The notes under the pieces are model-generated. The model saw only the letters and a list, made by a program, of their open reading frames with translations. It did no database searches and was not told the DNA's origin. A stretch of DNA of 51,450 nt, from the IMG/VR virus record IMGVR_UViG_2061766007_000510, one strand, 5' to 3'. This DNA comes from an uncultured virus (IMG/VR IMGVR_UViG_2061766007_000510) (taxonomy: Duplodnaviria; Heunggongvirae; Uroviricota; Caudoviricetes). The translations under genes and the position numbers were made by a program. Shown piece after piece: positions 9,081 through 19,916 of the stretch (positions within the stretch are counted from its first letter, which is position 1; the number at the start of each line of letters is the position of its first letter).

Positions 9081-10688
9081 TTGATTGACCCGAAGAAAAG
9101 AGCTGCCGCAGAAAGGGCGCTGAAGGATGCGGTGCTGGCGATGTCCAGGACCTCCCAGGGCATGCTCCCGGTGTACATGGGATTGCGCCAGAGGGCTACC
9201 GAGGACCCGGCCGTAACGGTGCGACTGAACGTTGGCAACTGCGGGGTGGAGCTGGAATACAACGTGGACTTCGTAACCAAGCTGGAGACGTCCATGCTTG
9301 GTGCAGTCGTGTACATGCAGTGCCTGAAGGTGGCGCTGCACCACTGTGACCACAGGAAGAAGGAACCGCTGTCCATGCTGAAGCTCGCGAGCGACATAGT
9401 GGTCGCCGAGTACGCGAGGAAGGTGGTGGACACGTCCAGGGCTGACAACTACGAGATTCTCAACAGGCTGTTCCCTAGCATATGGGAGCACTGGGACGTG
9501 CTGGGAAAGCACGGGTTCATGCCGGAGAATGACCTGGTGCTCGAGAAGCTGTTCGCCATATTCTCCGAGGAGCAGGAGTCGATAGAGAAGCAGAAGGGCA
9601 TGAAGCCACGCGAGGAAAGGGAACAGTCTTCCTCCGAGGGAGAACCCGGGGAGGAAGGCGAGGAGTCCGGTGAAGAGTCAGATGAAGGCGAACCGCAGGA
9701 TTCCAAGTCCGGGGGTGACGAGGGTGAAGGCGAGGGAGAAGACTCTGATGATTCCGGGGAAAGTTCCCCCGGTGACTCCGGTGAGCAGCGGGAAGGCGAC
9801 GGGGACAACCCGGGTGAAGGCGAGGGCGAAGGGGACAAGTCCGACGAAGGCGACGGGGAACCCGGTGACGGGGAACCCGGCGAGGGCGAAGGCGAGGGAG
9901 AATCTGACGGTGACGGGGACGCCGAAGGCGATACCGGGGATGCACCGGCAGCTCCCGGGGCAGGCACCGGGAACTACGAGGCGATGGAGAAGTACTTCTC
10001 GCTGGAGAGCGCCGAGGCCGAGACCGAGAACTGGGCGCAGGACGAGGCGGCGACCGACCGCATAACGGCGACCGTGATGGACGCGCTGGACAAGGGAATG
10101 TTCGACAGGATGCGCGGAAAGCTCCCTCTTGCCCTGCGCGAGGCCAACCGGCTGAAGGTGGATACCGCCGCGATGTTCAGGAAGTTCCTTACGAGCGTAA
10201 TGGATGACGAGACCAGGTCTAGCTGGGGCAGGAGGAACCGGAAGTACATGAAGTACGGCGTAATCGCCCCCGGCTACCTGTACGACGAGACGCCGAGGAT
10301 ACTGATGTGCGTGGACGTGTCCGGGTCTATGTACGTGGACAACCTGATAGGCGAGTGCCTGAAGGTCATGGACGCAGTGTGCAACGGGATATCGGTGGAC
10401 CTGGTGTACTGGGATGCCGTGTGCAGCCCGGTGTTCGACACCCCGAAGACTATCAAGGAAGTGGAGATTTACGGTGGCGGCTATACGAACCCAGACTGCG
10501 TCCTGCAGAAGCTGGGTCCCGACAGGTTCAAGTACGACGGGCTGGTGTTCATAACCGACTGCGAGTTCTCATGGAACGAGCCTCCCCGGCCGAGACAGAT
10601 TATGATACTCCGTGCCGGTGACAGGAAGTACGAATTTCCTTCCTGGTGCGTGTACAAGGATGAACTGAAGAATTTTATAAACAATTAG
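9081..10688 (+). CDS. DUF2201-type putative metallopeptidase / VWA-like protein with long acidic G/E/D linker
   Basis: N-terminal LKVALHH region, D/E/G/S linker, C-terminal CVDVSGSM / GGGYT / VFITD. Confidence 0.85.
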   Translation: MIDPKKRAAAERALKDAVLAMSRTSQGMLPVYMGLRQRATEDPAVTVRLNVGNCGVELEYNVDFVTKLETSMLGAVVYMQCLKVALHHCDHRKKEPLSMLKLASDIVVAEYARKVVDTSRADNYEILNRLFPSIWEHWDVLGKHGFMPENDLVLEKLFAIFSEEQESIEKQKGMKPREEREQSSSEGEPGEEGEESGEESDEGEPQDSKSGGDEGEGEGEDSDDSGESSPGDSGEQREGDGDNPGEGEGEGDKSDEGDGEPGDGEPGEGEGEGESDGDGDAEGDTGDAPAAPGAGTGNYEAMEKYFSLESAEAETENWAQDEAATDRITATVMDALDKGMFDRMRGKLPLALREANRLKVDTAAMFRKFLTSVMDDETRSSWGRRNRKYMKYGVIAPGYLYDETPRILMCVDVSGSMYVDNLIGECLKVMDAVCNGISVDLVYWDAVCSPVFDTPKTIKEVEIYGGGYTNPDCVLQKLGPDRFKYDGLVFITDCEFSWNEPPRPRQIMILRAGDRKYEFPSWCVYKDELKNFINN

Positions 10689-10692
10689 TCCA

Positions 10693-11973
10693 ATGAGAAT
10701 CGAAGAAGCGAAAGATATCGAGAGTGTTGAAAGAGGTCTCCGGCTGGTGCGGGAGATTGAAGCATGCGGATATACCGCATGCATCGCGGGCGGCTGCGTA
10801 CGCGACCTTGTAAGGTGGAAGATTGGCCTTTGGCACGACCCGGACATACATGACGTGGATATAGCGACCAACATGCCCATGGAAATGCTGAAGGAGCACT
10901 TCAGGTGTGCCAGCAACAACGGGGAGGCCCACGGTACCATCCTGGTGCTGTTCGAGGACGTTCCGTACGAAGTGACCCAGTACAGGGCCGACGGGAAGTA
11001 TACCGACGGGCGGCATCCCGATTCGGTCGAGTGGGCCGATACGTTCGAGGAGGATTCCAAGAGGCGTGACTTCACCATGAACGCAATGGGACTGGATTCG
11101 GAGTACAATGTACTTGATTACCATGGCGGCGAGGAGTCCATTAGGTTCGGCGAGATTGCCACGGTAGGAGACCCAATCGAGAGGTTCAACGAGGACGCAC
11201 TGCGTATTATTCGGGCCTACCGGTTCGCCTCCCGGTTCGGAATGTCGATTTCCCCGGTGACTTCCGCAGCCTGCATGGCGCTTGCCGGGAGGGTCGCCCA
11301 TCTTACTCCCGAGAGACTGCATGACGAGTTCTACAAGACTGCGTCGTACGGGGTGAAGGCGTTCGCCGAGTTCATCAGCTACCTCGCCGAGGGAGTCGGT
11401 CAGTACATATGCGGCGGCATAGACTGGAAGGAGCTTGCCACGCAGTTCCACCGGATAAGGTCCACCCAGCTGCTCCCGTGGGACCCCGGGTATGCGCTCG
11501 CGCTCCTCTTCGATACCGAGGAGCAGATGAGGGATTTCCGGTGCAGCCTTGACGAGATTAGGTCGCTGAAGTTCATCCAGTCGTACTACCCTCGGTACCT
11601 TGCCGGGGAGCTCGACCTGGTGGACTTCGTGGACGGCACCAACGACCCCCGGTGGGACGCGCTGAGGGCCTATGCGATATCCAGGCAGGGGTTCTTCGTG
11701 CTGCGCCCCGACGAGGAGACGAGGTTCCGCTCGTTCAGGTACAGGTATCCTACGGCAGGGGACATAAGCAAGGAACTGGAGGAGTCCGGGGTAGCATCCG
11801 GGAAGCTGTTCGGTGATTATCTCCGGGAGACCCGGAAGCTGGCCTACCGGGATATGATGGCGAGGAAGGAGATTAGTACGGATGACCTGCATAAACTGGT
11901 TGCCGAAGCAAGGAGACAAGTCGACAGCCGATGCACGCAGTCCTCAGTATCATCTTCTGGCTCCTCGGAATAG
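10693..11973 (+). CDS. cca: CCA-adding tRNA nucleotidyltransferase
   Basis: AGGCVRDL, DVDIAT, HGTILV, RRDFTMNAM, RFNEDALRIIRAYRF, ERLHDEF; no poly(A) polymerase GRRF signature. Confidence 0.9.
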   Translation: MRIEEAKDIESVERGLRLVREIEACGYTACIAGGCVRDLVRWKIGLWHDPDIHDVDIATNMPMEMLKEHFRCASNNGEAHGTILVLFEDVPYEVTQYRADGKYTDGRHPDSVEWADTFEEDSKRRDFTMNAMGLDSEYNVLDYHGGEESIRFGEIATVGDPIERFNEDALRIIRAYRFASRFGMSISPVTSAACMALAGRVAHLTPERLHDEFYKTASYGVKAFAEFISYLAEGVGQYICGGIDWKELATQFHRIRSTQLLPWDPGYALALLFDTEEQMRDFRCSLDEIRSLKFIQSYYPRYLAGELDLVDFVDGTNDPRWDALRAYAISRQGFFVLRPDEETRFRSFRYRYPTAGDISKELEESGVASGKLFGDYLRETRKLAYRDMMARKEISTDDLHKLVAEARRQVDSRCTQSSVSSSGSSE

Positions 11974-12218
11974 CGGGAGCAGTGGCATTCGCATTCAACC
12001 TGGCCCCGCAGCTGGTTGACGCCCTACGGAAGAAGGCTACCGGGCTGACCTACGGGTTCTTCGCGCTGGCACTGGTGGGTAACATCGGGTCATGCTCGTA
12101 TGTATTCTGGACTAACCTGCAGACCGGGGTGTGGCAGTGGCCACTGTACGGGAACTACGGGGTAGCCACCGGGCTTACGGTGTCTTTACTGGTATTGCGC
12201 AGGAAGTACGGGAAGTGA
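11931..12218 (+). CDS. PQ-loop / SemiSWEET-like membrane protein
   Basis: 95 aa, three hydrophobic helices, LAPQL motif followed by K..TGL. Confidence 0.7.
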   Translation: MHAVLSIIFWLLGIAGAVAFAFNLAPQLVDALRKKATGLTYGFFALALVGNIGSCSYVFWTNLQTGVWQWPLYGNYGVATGLTVSLLVLRRKYGK

Positions 12219-12222
12219 CCGG

Positions 12223-12231
12223 TATAAACTG
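12223..12231 (+). promoter_or_regulatory. ATAAACT motif, putative late-type promoter
   Basis: Same core 23-35 nt upstream of starts at 12265(+), 25719(+), 20704(-), 25618(-). Confidence 0.45.
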
Positions 12232-12264
12232 TGTATAACAGTATGGAATCAAGGAAGATTTCCC

Positions 12265-12621
12265 ATGAACAAGCAGCAGAAGACCTACACAGCATTCATA
12301 GAGAGCGTGTGCAACAAGTTCAACTGCCCGGAGGCGACTCCGGCACTCCAGGAAGGGTTTCAGGCCTTCTGCGAGGCGATGGGCAATGATATGCCGTTGG
12401 ATAGAAGTGTCTTGCTTGAAAAATATGCTAAATATAACGACCTTCACCAATTACTTGATGCTCTTCGGAACGACTTTAAATGTGCCACGCAAGTTACTCC
12501 AGATAGTAAAGAAAACGTGTGCTATATAGATATGCCATGTGCTGAATTTATTGTTAAATGCATTCACAAGCCATATGAAAATGGCTATGATGTTGAATTG
12601 CTTGATGTGGTGGTTAAATAA
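12265..12621 (+). CDS. hypothetical protein
   Basis: 118 aa; 3' half markedly AT-richer than 5' half. Confidence 0.7.
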   Translation: MNKQQKTYTAFIESVCNKFNCPEATPALQEGFQAFCEAMGNDMPLDRSVLLEKYAKYNDLHQLLDALRNDFKCATQVTPDSKENVCYIDMPCAEFIVKCIHKPYENGYDVELLDVVVK

Positions 12622-12659
12622 GGTATCACATTTACCTGGTTATCGATAAAAAACTTGCA

Positions 12660-12690
12660 AAAAGTCCGCGGAAATGCTCCGTGGACTTTT
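12660..12690 (+). terminator. intrinsic terminator
   Basis: AAAAGTCCGCGGA-AATGC-TCCGTGGACTTTT. Confidence 0.7.
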
Positions 12691-12695
12691 CTCTT

Positions 12696-12707
12696 TTGCT
12701 ATATTTG
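12696..12707 (+). promoter_or_regulatory. TTGCTATATTTG promoter motif
   Basis: Upstream of ATG at 12735. Confidence 0.7.
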
Positions 12708-12734
12708 TGATAGAAATTAAAGAGGCTGCTATAA

Positions 12735-13899
12735 ATGAGACAAGGCTACAGTATAGCCCAGTTCTACGACCTTATGAAGATTGGGCCACCAGCACAGGCA
12801 ATACTGCTGGTGGGCGAGACAGGCATAGGAAAGACGACAATAGCGAATGACTTCGCCGCGAACGTGGCGAAGCTCCCGCTGTGCACCATACAGGTTTCCG
12901 AGGGAACCGACATGGTGGACGTGTTCGGCCTCCCGGACATCTCCGGCGACCACACGATATACAAGCCGCCATCATGGTACATTCCGGGACAGCGCTGCGT
13001 CCTGTTCATGGACGAGGTGAACCGCAACAAGACAATCATGAAGGGCCTGATGCGCCTGGCTACCGACCAGCGGATAGGCGACCTCGTATTGCCTGACGGC
13101 TCCTACGTGATAGGGGCGATAAACCCGGAATACGGCTCGAAGTACCAGGTGGTCNNNNNNNNNNGTTGAACTCAACCCGACGGTCGACGAGTGGCTGACT
13201 TTTGCAAGGAAGGAGAATGTCCACCATGCTATCCTGGAGTATATCGAGGAGCACGGGGAGGACCTTGACTCCTTCACCAACGAGAGCAACATGGTAGCGG
13301 CCAACGGCCGGTTCTACCACAACGTGCTGCCGTGCCGCCGCCAGTGGCATGCCCTGTCCCCGTACCTGTACAACGGGGAGTGTTTCCAGGGAGGCAAGTC
13401 GAGGTTCGACGTGAACGCCTACGAGGATGCCGAGGACTTCCTGAGGGGAGTGGTGAGCGGCCTGGTTGGAGTAGGAGTTGCCGACCGGTTCGTACCTTTC
13501 TACTATGCGTCTGGTGGAGGCATAAGCGCCATAAGGATTCTGGAAGGCGACGACGATACCTGGAGCCCGAAGGGGGAGCTGGTGAAGGAGATACGGAAGA
13601 TGGCCGATACTGACCTGCCGTCGCTCACCAGGCTGACCGAGCGCGTATTCGGCAGGGTAGCCAGGTCGGAATCCGAGCTGTGGAACGCACTGAAGAGCGG
13701 ATACAGCGAGCTCGCGATGAAGTATTCGAGGAATGTATACAAGTTCCTCCACCTGTGCCCCCCGGAAGTCCAGAGCAACGTGTACTTCAGCATCGTGCGC
13801 CCTGCGACCAAGGCCGGCAACAAGTGGCCCAACCTTTTATGCAACGCCACGCCTGCGCTGGTGGACCTGTTTACAAAGGCGTGCACAAAATCCAAATGA
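12735..13899 (+). CDS. MoxR-like AAA+ ATPase (gap-interrupted)
   Basis: Walker A GETGIGKT, Walker B LFMDEVNR, IGAINP; continues after a 10-N gap. Confidence 0.85.
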
Positions 13900-13909
13900 G
13901 GAGACAACA

Positions 13910-14350
13910 ATGGCTGCTATGGAAACAACTAACGAGAACACTACCGTACCTCCCGACGAGGACAGCGAGTACATCAAGGGATTGCCTAGTCTTGTCCGGG
14001 AGAGGATAGACGAGGCCCGGGCAATGGACTACGAGGACGGAGACAGCATCGTGCTGCTGCATGGCATGGAACGCGCCATGATTGGTACGGTCGAGAATGC
14101 CGCCGGGAAGATAGTCGCCGTGTACGAGGAGGAACTCTGCATAAAGTGCCTCATGGAGGACATGTCGAAGCCGGAAGATGCCGGTGACGACTGGGGAGAG
14201 GACGACGCCTACACGGAAGCGCGGGAGTTCTACGAGTACAATACCGTGCGTGCCCTGCCCTACATAGGAGAGAGCGCTCCCATGATAATACGTGGTTTCG
14301 ACGTAGACTCCGACCGTTGGGAGGCCTTTAAGAATGCCGCAGGAAATTGA
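13910..14350 (+). CDS. conserved-looking phage hypothetical protein
   Basis: GAGGAG RBS; AMIG...AVY...C...EAREFYEYNT...YIGESAP pattern. Confidence 0.75.
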   Translation: MAAMETTNENTTVPPDEDSEYIKGLPSLVRERIDEARAMDYEDGDSIVLLHGMERAMIGTVENAAGKIVAVYEEELCIKCLMEDMSKPEDAGDDWGEDDAYTEAREFYEYNTVRALPYIGESAPMIIRGFDVDSDRWEAFKNAAGN

Positions 14351-14879
14351 CTATAACGCAGTTGTCCGCATGGCCGCCGGTGTCGGGCTCAGGCTCGGAA
14401 ACCACGAGGGCCGCCCGGTGTTCGTCTACGGGAAGCCGGGAGGATTCGGGATGGAGTTCGCCTGCCAGTGGCTGACCGNNNNNNNNNNNNNNNNNNNNNN
14501 NNNNNNNNNNNNNNNAAGGACGCAACTGCAGGCGATGCTGGGCTCGGCCAAGCTGGACGAGAAGGTGTACGACTTCCTACACGTTCAGTCAAACGTCGAC
14601 CGGATTACCAAGGCATGCAAGGACTTCGGCATGGTCTACGACAGCTCCACCGGCAGCTTCTACTACGTGAAGAAGGGCAAGGCCGTATTCGGGGTGGACC
14701 ATGACTACATAGCCAGCCTGGTATGCACCGGGAAGGCTTCGATGGACAAGCTGAAGGAACTGCTGGAGACGTTCCTGGAGACTGCCGAGTTCGAGGCCGA
14801 GTGCTCCCGGGTGGCCTCCGGGGAGGACCTGCTGGAAGTCCGCGTCAAACCAAAGAGGAAATCCAATGGGAAGAAGTAG
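14334..14879 (+). CDS. hypothetical protein
   Basis: 181 aa ORF overlapping neighbours. Confidence 0.65.
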   Translation: MPQEIDYNAVVRMAAGVGLRLGNHEGRPVFVYGKPGGFGMEFACQWLTXXXXXXXXXXXXXRTQLQAMLGSAKLDEKVYDFLHVQSNVDRITKACKDFGMVYDSSTGSFYYVKKGKAVFGVDHDYIASLVCTGKASMDKLKELLETFLETAEFEAECSRVASGEDLLEVRVKPKRKSNGKK

Positions 14880-15324
14880 CCAGAAGACATTTTATCCGCC
14901 GAGGAAACGGCTCACCATAGCGGTAGACTTCGACGGTACCATCGCGCTGGGCTCGTGGCCCGACGTTCACCAGGGGAAGCTCAACCTCCCTGTGTATGAC
15001 TGGCTCATCAAGAGGCAGAAGAAGGGCGACCGTATCATCCTGTGGACCTGCCGGGAGAACTACGGAGGCCGCCAGTTCCCCGACGGCGAATACCTGAACG
15101 ACGCAATCCAGTTCTGTGTCAGGAACCAACTGTTTCTCTCTGAGTGGAACCGGAACATCGGGGAGGCTCCCGGGGAGTACCAGGAAGGCTCGAAAAACTA
15201 TGGAAGGAAGATTTATGCGGACGTATACATCGACGACCACGCGGTCCCATTCAAACCTGACTCCCGCTTCGCTGCATGGTGGTGGAAGATATACTTCTGG
15301 CTGTTGGACAGAAAGCTCGGTTAG
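14866..15324 (+). CDS. HAD-superfamily hydrolase (BT0820-like)
   Basis: IAVDFDGTI, ILWTCR, KIYADVYIDD. Confidence 0.85.
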   Translation: MGRSSQKTFYPPRKRLTIAVDFDGTIALGSWPDVHQGKLNLPVYDWLIKRQKKGDRIILWTCRENYGGRQFPDGEYLNDAIQFCVRNQLFLSEWNRNIGEAPGEYQEGSKNYGRKIYADVYIDDHAVPFKPDSRFAAWWWKIYFWLLDRKLG

Positions 15325-15332
15325 TACAAACT

Positions 15333-15358
15333 AAAGTCCCGCCGCCGGCGGGATTTTT
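15333..15358 (+). terminator. intrinsic terminator abutting the next promoter
   Basis: GTCCCGCC-GCC-GGCGGGAT followed by a T run. Confidence 0.6.
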
Positions 15359-15368
15359 GCTATATTTG
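15357..15368 (+). promoter_or_regulatory. TTGCTATATTTG promoter motif
   Basis: Upstream of ATG at 15391. Confidence 0.7.
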
Positions 15369-15390
15369 TGACAGTCAAGGAGTTACAACA

Positions 15391-15687
15391 ATGTTCATAC
15401 TTATTCATTCTTCCACCAGGCCGGGTACCAGGGCGCAGCAGGCACCCGAGATTGTCGCCCGGAGCGACTACAAGAGCATGCTCGTCAGCAGACTGTGCGA
15501 CGAGGTCGAGGGCTGCATCGGGTTAGGAACCAAGGTATATGCCAGGGTACCTAACGAGGGCGAGACGAGGATAGAGCCCCCGAACAACATGTACGCGGTG
15601 GTTGCCGCGGTCGACCGGGGATGCACCGGTGTCACCGTGGAGGTTCCCGGGAGCCACCGGGAGCACTTCGTGCTGGCAGAAATATAG
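15391..15687 (+). CDS. hypothetical protein
   Basis: 98 aa; AAGGAG RBS. Confidence 0.7.
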   Translation: MFILIHSSTRPGTRAQQAPEIVARSDYKSMLVSRLCDEVEGCIGLGTKVYARVPNEGETRIEPPNNMYAVVAAVDRGCTGVTVEVPGSHREHFVLAEI

Positions 15688-15709
15688 GCGTTCATCGCCT
15701 GTAAGATTT

Positions 15710-15721
15710 TTGCTATATTTG
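15710..15721 (+). promoter_or_regulatory. TTGCTATATTTG promoter motif
   Basis: Upstream of ATG at 15766. Confidence 0.7.
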
Positions 15722-15765
15722 CATATGGAACTAAAAACAATAACTCAATAGCAAGGATACACAAT

Positions 15766-16718
15766 ATGCCGAACAACTATGAAGCGGTCATGTCCGCCCT
15801 CCAGGAAAAGAACCTCGACTTCGACGCCGTGCTCCGCCCGGTGTCCTTCCTCGGTACCGATGGGGAATTCCACGATACCAAGATGTTCACCCCGGTACGT
15901 TCCGACAACGGGACCATCATCTCGCAGCATGCGTTCACCCAGGCATATCATCCTATCCAGAACCGCGACGCGTTCAGGGTCATCGCTGACATCAGCGAGC
16001 TTGCCGACGTGGAGTTCAAGAACGTGGGCTCTTGGGGAAACGGTGCCGGAGTGTACGCGCAGATTGCCCTCGGCGAGGACATCGACGTGGGCGGTACCGG
16101 AGACCATGTAGGCCGCTACCTTTCCGTGGTCAATTCCCACGACGGCAGCCGCGGCNNNNNNNNNNNNNNNNNNNNNNNNNNNNNNNNNNNNACCAGATTA
16201 CCCCGGCAATCAACCATGCCGAGGACGGTCAGATTTTCAGCATCCGTCACAACGCCCTCGCACAGAACCGACTGAAGATTCTCGCCGAGAGCCTGCACGT
16301 GTGCAACAAGGTGTTCATCCGCACTGCCGATACCTACAACGAGCTCGCTGCAAAGGTAATCACCATGGACGAGGTTCGCGAGACCATGGCCCGCGTGCTC
16401 CCGTTCGTTGCAGACAACGACCAGAGCGGAGAGGGCAGCGCCCACTGGAAGAAGATGCTCACCAAAATGACCAACCGATTCCACTCTGCTGACGGCGGTA
16501 ATGTCGAGAAGATGACCGCGTGGAACCTCTACAACTCCATCCAGGGAACCTTCCAGCACGACACCCGCAACGGTGCGAACAAGGAGTTCTCCATCCTCTG
16601 CGGAGGCATCGCCAGCAAGAGCGCACACGCGTTCAAGACGGTGGTGAACCTCGCAAGGGAAGGCCTCGAGAAGACCGAGCACCCGCAGTTCGACCGCTTC
16701 TTCGCACAGGTTGCATAA
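15766..16718 (+). CDS. DUF932 / TIGR03299-like phage-plasmid protein (gap-interrupted)
   Basis: YHPIQNRDAF, YLSVVNSHDGS, SIRH, TAWNLYNSI. Confidence 0.8.
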
Positions 16719-17065
16719 TGACGAAGACCGTACAGAAGGGCAGGAGCCACGAGCTGGAACACCTCCGCAAGGAGGTGGAGCGCCTGTCTTCCGCCCTTAC
16801 TGCAATTAAGAACCAGAAGGACGCATACTTCCTCGAAATCCGAGAGGACGACGGGGAGAGCTTCCGCATAACGAGGACGTACTACCGCGCCAAGAAGGAT
16901 GCGGTGAACGACCTCAACGTAGCCAAGCATGCATTCTGCGAAGGTGACGAGGCACTGCTTTCCAAGTCTCCAGAACAGGTTGCACGTGGCAACGTGGACT
17001 TGACAATATCGCGGGACGACGGGCACGTGTTCCGCGGCATCATAACTAGAATCAAAATACTATAG
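16718..17065 (+). CDS. hypothetical protein
   Basis: TAATG coupling with previous gene. Confidence 0.65.
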   Translation: MTKTVQKGRSHELEHLRKEVERLSSALTAIKNQKDAYFLEIREDDGESFRITRTYYRAKKDAVNDLNVAKHAFCEGDEALLSKSPEQVARGNVDLTISRDDGHVFRGIITRIKIL

Positions 17066-17076
17066 GAGAGTCAATA

Positions 17077-17295
17077 ATGGACATGAGAGAACTTAGACCG
17101 GCAACGGTTAAAGATTTTGCCGAGCATTTCAACCGCCTGGTTGAACTCGGAAAGGGCGACCTTGTAGTCAGAATTGACGACAATTGCGGCCGCGACTATA
17201 CTATCGACCTGGACCAGTCCTACGGGAAGAACGAACAGGGGCTGCGTGACGAGTTCGGTTCTGTTTTTGCTGACTGTGTGTGCATTGGAGGATAA
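17077..17295 (+). CDS. hypothetical protein
   Basis: 72 aa; AGGAG RBS. Confidence 0.65.
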   Translation: MDMRELRPATVKDFAEHFNRLVELGKGDLVVRIDDNCGRDYTIDLDQSYGKNEQGLRDEFGSVFADCVCIGG

Positions 17296-17296
17296 C

Positions 17297-17851
17297 ATGC
17301 CAGTACCTGTATCAAGACTCATGAAACTCGGGACCCCGCGTCTCGACCTCCCGACGGGCGACTACCCGGCAATCATCGTGGCCATGGTCTACCCGAAGGA
17401 AACCAACGGCGCATGCAACAGGACAAGGGGAGAATACCTACTCCAGGTCCACAACAAGGAAGGGATGGTGTGCTACGTGGCCACCAAGCCATTCGACATC
17501 TCCATCAACGAGAGCAGCCCGCTGTATACGTTGCTGTGCGGGCTCAGCAACACCCACTCCCCTGAACAGCTTTTCGCATGGCTGGAGAGGAACGACTATT
17601 TCGTCGACGACATGTTCGACGAGACCGACTTCCTCGGTGCGCCGGTCATGGCACACGTGGAACGCCGGGAGAAGCGCAAGCCGAACGTCCCGGGGCCTTC
17701 CAAGTTCTTTAACCTCGTCACCGAGTTCGCCCCAATCGACGAGTCCAGGGAGCCCACACTGAACACCGGGCGACTCATCCCGGCGGGGTTCGCCAATACC
17801 AACAAGTATGTCATCGAGAAGCTCGAAGAGCTCGACATCGACGAGGCATAA
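17297..17851 (+). CDS. hypothetical protein
   Basis: MPVPVSRL...; GGAGG RBS. Confidence 0.7.
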   Translation: MPVPVSRLMKLGTPRLDLPTGDYPAIIVAMVYPKETNGACNRTRGEYLLQVHNKEGMVCYVATKPFDISINESSPLYTLLCGLSNTHSPEQLFAWLERNDYFVDDMFDETDFLGAPVMAHVERREKRKPNVPGPSKFFNLVTEFAPIDESREPTLNTGRLIPAGFANTNKYVIEKLEELDIDEA

Positions 17852-18151
17852 ATGACGCTGGGTGACGGATTGAAACTCGGGCAGGCGCTGTTCAGCATGA
17901 ACGACGGTATCCACATGGTTACCGACTTCATGTGGGTACGCAACGGGAAGATTACCTATACCAGCCCGATGCAGGAGATGCTACCGGTGAATACCGATAT
18001 GCACCTCATTTCGCGAAACGACTTCCTGGAATACCTGGAATCCGTCGGAGCCACGGACAGCGACCTGGAGAAGCCATACGGGACCTACAACACGTTCGCC
18101 AAGGCGGACGACAGCGAGGACTACTTTGCCTATTATGACAACGATAGATAG
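17852..18151 (+). CDS. hypothetical protein
   Basis: 99 aa, abuts previous stop. Confidence 0.65.
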   Translation: MTLGDGLKLGQALFSMNDGIHMVTDFMWVRNGKITYTSPMQEMLPVNTDMHLISRNDFLEYLESVGATDSDLEKPYGTYNTFAKADDSEDYFAYYDNDR

Positions 18152-18643
18152 CGAGCCGTGGGTTCCCACCGGTTCCCCCTCCGAGAAGGACCGGAAGGAG
18201 CTCGGGGAGGTCCTCGAAATGTGGACCTCGATATCCCCGGTGTGCACGGTATCTACCGAGCGGCACGACCAGTGGAACCACGACCTCCTGTGGCGTGGGC
18301 ACAACTTCGGCCTCATAACGCAGGGAATGGGGATGATAGGGTTCACCTCCAAGGTGTGCCTCGGCAGGGACCCGTATGCGAACAAGCCGGTGTCGATATC
18401 TGAGATGCCGGAAGTATACGGGGGGTTCTGCGGGTACGTCTCCCGCATGGAGGCGATGGTGCGCCAGTGGCCTGAGGTGCTCCTTGATGCAGTCGGGAAT
18501 ATCCGCCTGCTATACGGGAAGGGCGAGTACGGGCTCATCGAGTTCGCGATAAACGAGGTTAAGTTCAGGAAGGTGAAGAGCGTAAACAAGTACAACCCGA
18601 GGCTGAGCACATGGGAATACGCAGATTTAGAAGTAATGGAAAG
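18135..18643 (+). CDS. hypothetical protein (runs into a ~1-kb N gap)
   Basis: Open frame to the gap. Confidence 0.6.
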
Positions 18644-19642
18644 NNNNNNNNNNNNNNNNNNNNNNNNNNNNNNNNNNNNNNNNNNNNNNNNNNNNNNNNN
18701 NNNNNNNNNNNNNNNNNNNNNNNNNNNNNNNNNNNNNNNNNNNNNNNNNNNNNNNNNNNNNNNNNNNNNNNNNNNNNNNNNNNNNNNNNNNNNNNNNNNN
18801 NNNNNNNNNNNNNNNNNNNNNNNNNNNNNNNNNNNNNNNNNNNNNNNNNNNNNNNNNNNNNNNNNNNNNNNNNNNNNNNNNNNNNNNNNNNNNNNNNNNN
18901 NNNNNNNNNNNNNNNNNNNNNNNNNNNNNNNNNNNNNNNNNNNNNNNNNNNNNNNNNNNNNNNNNNNNNNNNNNNNNNNNNNNNNNNNNNNNNNNNNNNN
19001 NNNNNNNNNNNNNNNNNNNNNNNNNNNNNNNNNNNNNNNNNNNNNNNNNNNNNNNNNNNNNNNNNNNNNNNNNNNNNNNNNNNNNNNNNNNNNNNNNNNN
19101 NNNNNNNNNNNNNNNNNNNNNNNNNNNNNNNNNNNNNNNNNNNNNNNNNNNNNNNNNNNNNNNNNNNNNNNNNNNNNNNNNNNNNNNNNNNNNNNNNNNN
19201 NNNNNNNNNNNNNNNNNNNNNNNNNNNNNNNNNNNNNNNNNNNNNNNNNNNNNNNNNNNNNNNNNNNNNNNNNNNNNNNNNNNNNNNNNNNNNNNNNNNN
19301 NNNNNNNNNNNNNNNNNNNNNNNNNNNNNNNNNNNNNNNNNNNNNNNNNNNNNNNNNNNNNNNNNNNNNNNNNNNNNNNNNNNNNNNNNNNNNNNNNNNN
19401 NNNNNNNNNNNNNNNNNNNNNNNNNNNNNNNNNNNNNNNNNNNNNNNNNNNNNNNNNNNNNNNNNNNNNNNNNNNNNNNNNNNNNNNNNNNNNNNNNNNN
19501 NNNNNNNNNNNNNNNNNNNNNNNNNNNNNNNNNNNNNNNNNNNNNNNNNNNNNNNNNNNNNNNNNNNNNNNNNNNNNNNNNNNNNNNNNNNNNNNNNNNN
19601 NNNNNNNNNNNNNNNNNNNNNNNNNNNNNNNNNNNNTAAGAG

Positions 19643-19916
19643 TATGAAGGAATGGCTGCAAGATTCTATAGGAAGGGCGTTCGACACTGTTCGGACAGAA
19701 CTTGGACAGGCCGGGTTCGTACAGGTCAAGACTGTGCGCAACCATGCGACTAAGAACACCGTGGCCGTGTTCCGCAAGGCGGTGCGCGGGGATGACCCGG
19801 CATACACCGTGGAGGTGGAGCACGACTGGGAATACGACCACTACGGCATCGGGAAGTGCGGCAAGGTTGTCCGCACCAGCGAGATGTCGGGGAGCATGCG
19901 CAATGACTATACGTGA
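19643..19916 (+). CDS. hypothetical protein (5' end near or in the gap)
   Basis: Open frame after the gap. Confidence 0.55.

Noticed and set aside
2821..16718. Pseudogene or programmed frameshift calls for VWA copy 1, the AAA ATPase and DUF932
   Set aside because: Every frame change coincides with an N gap of uncertain length.
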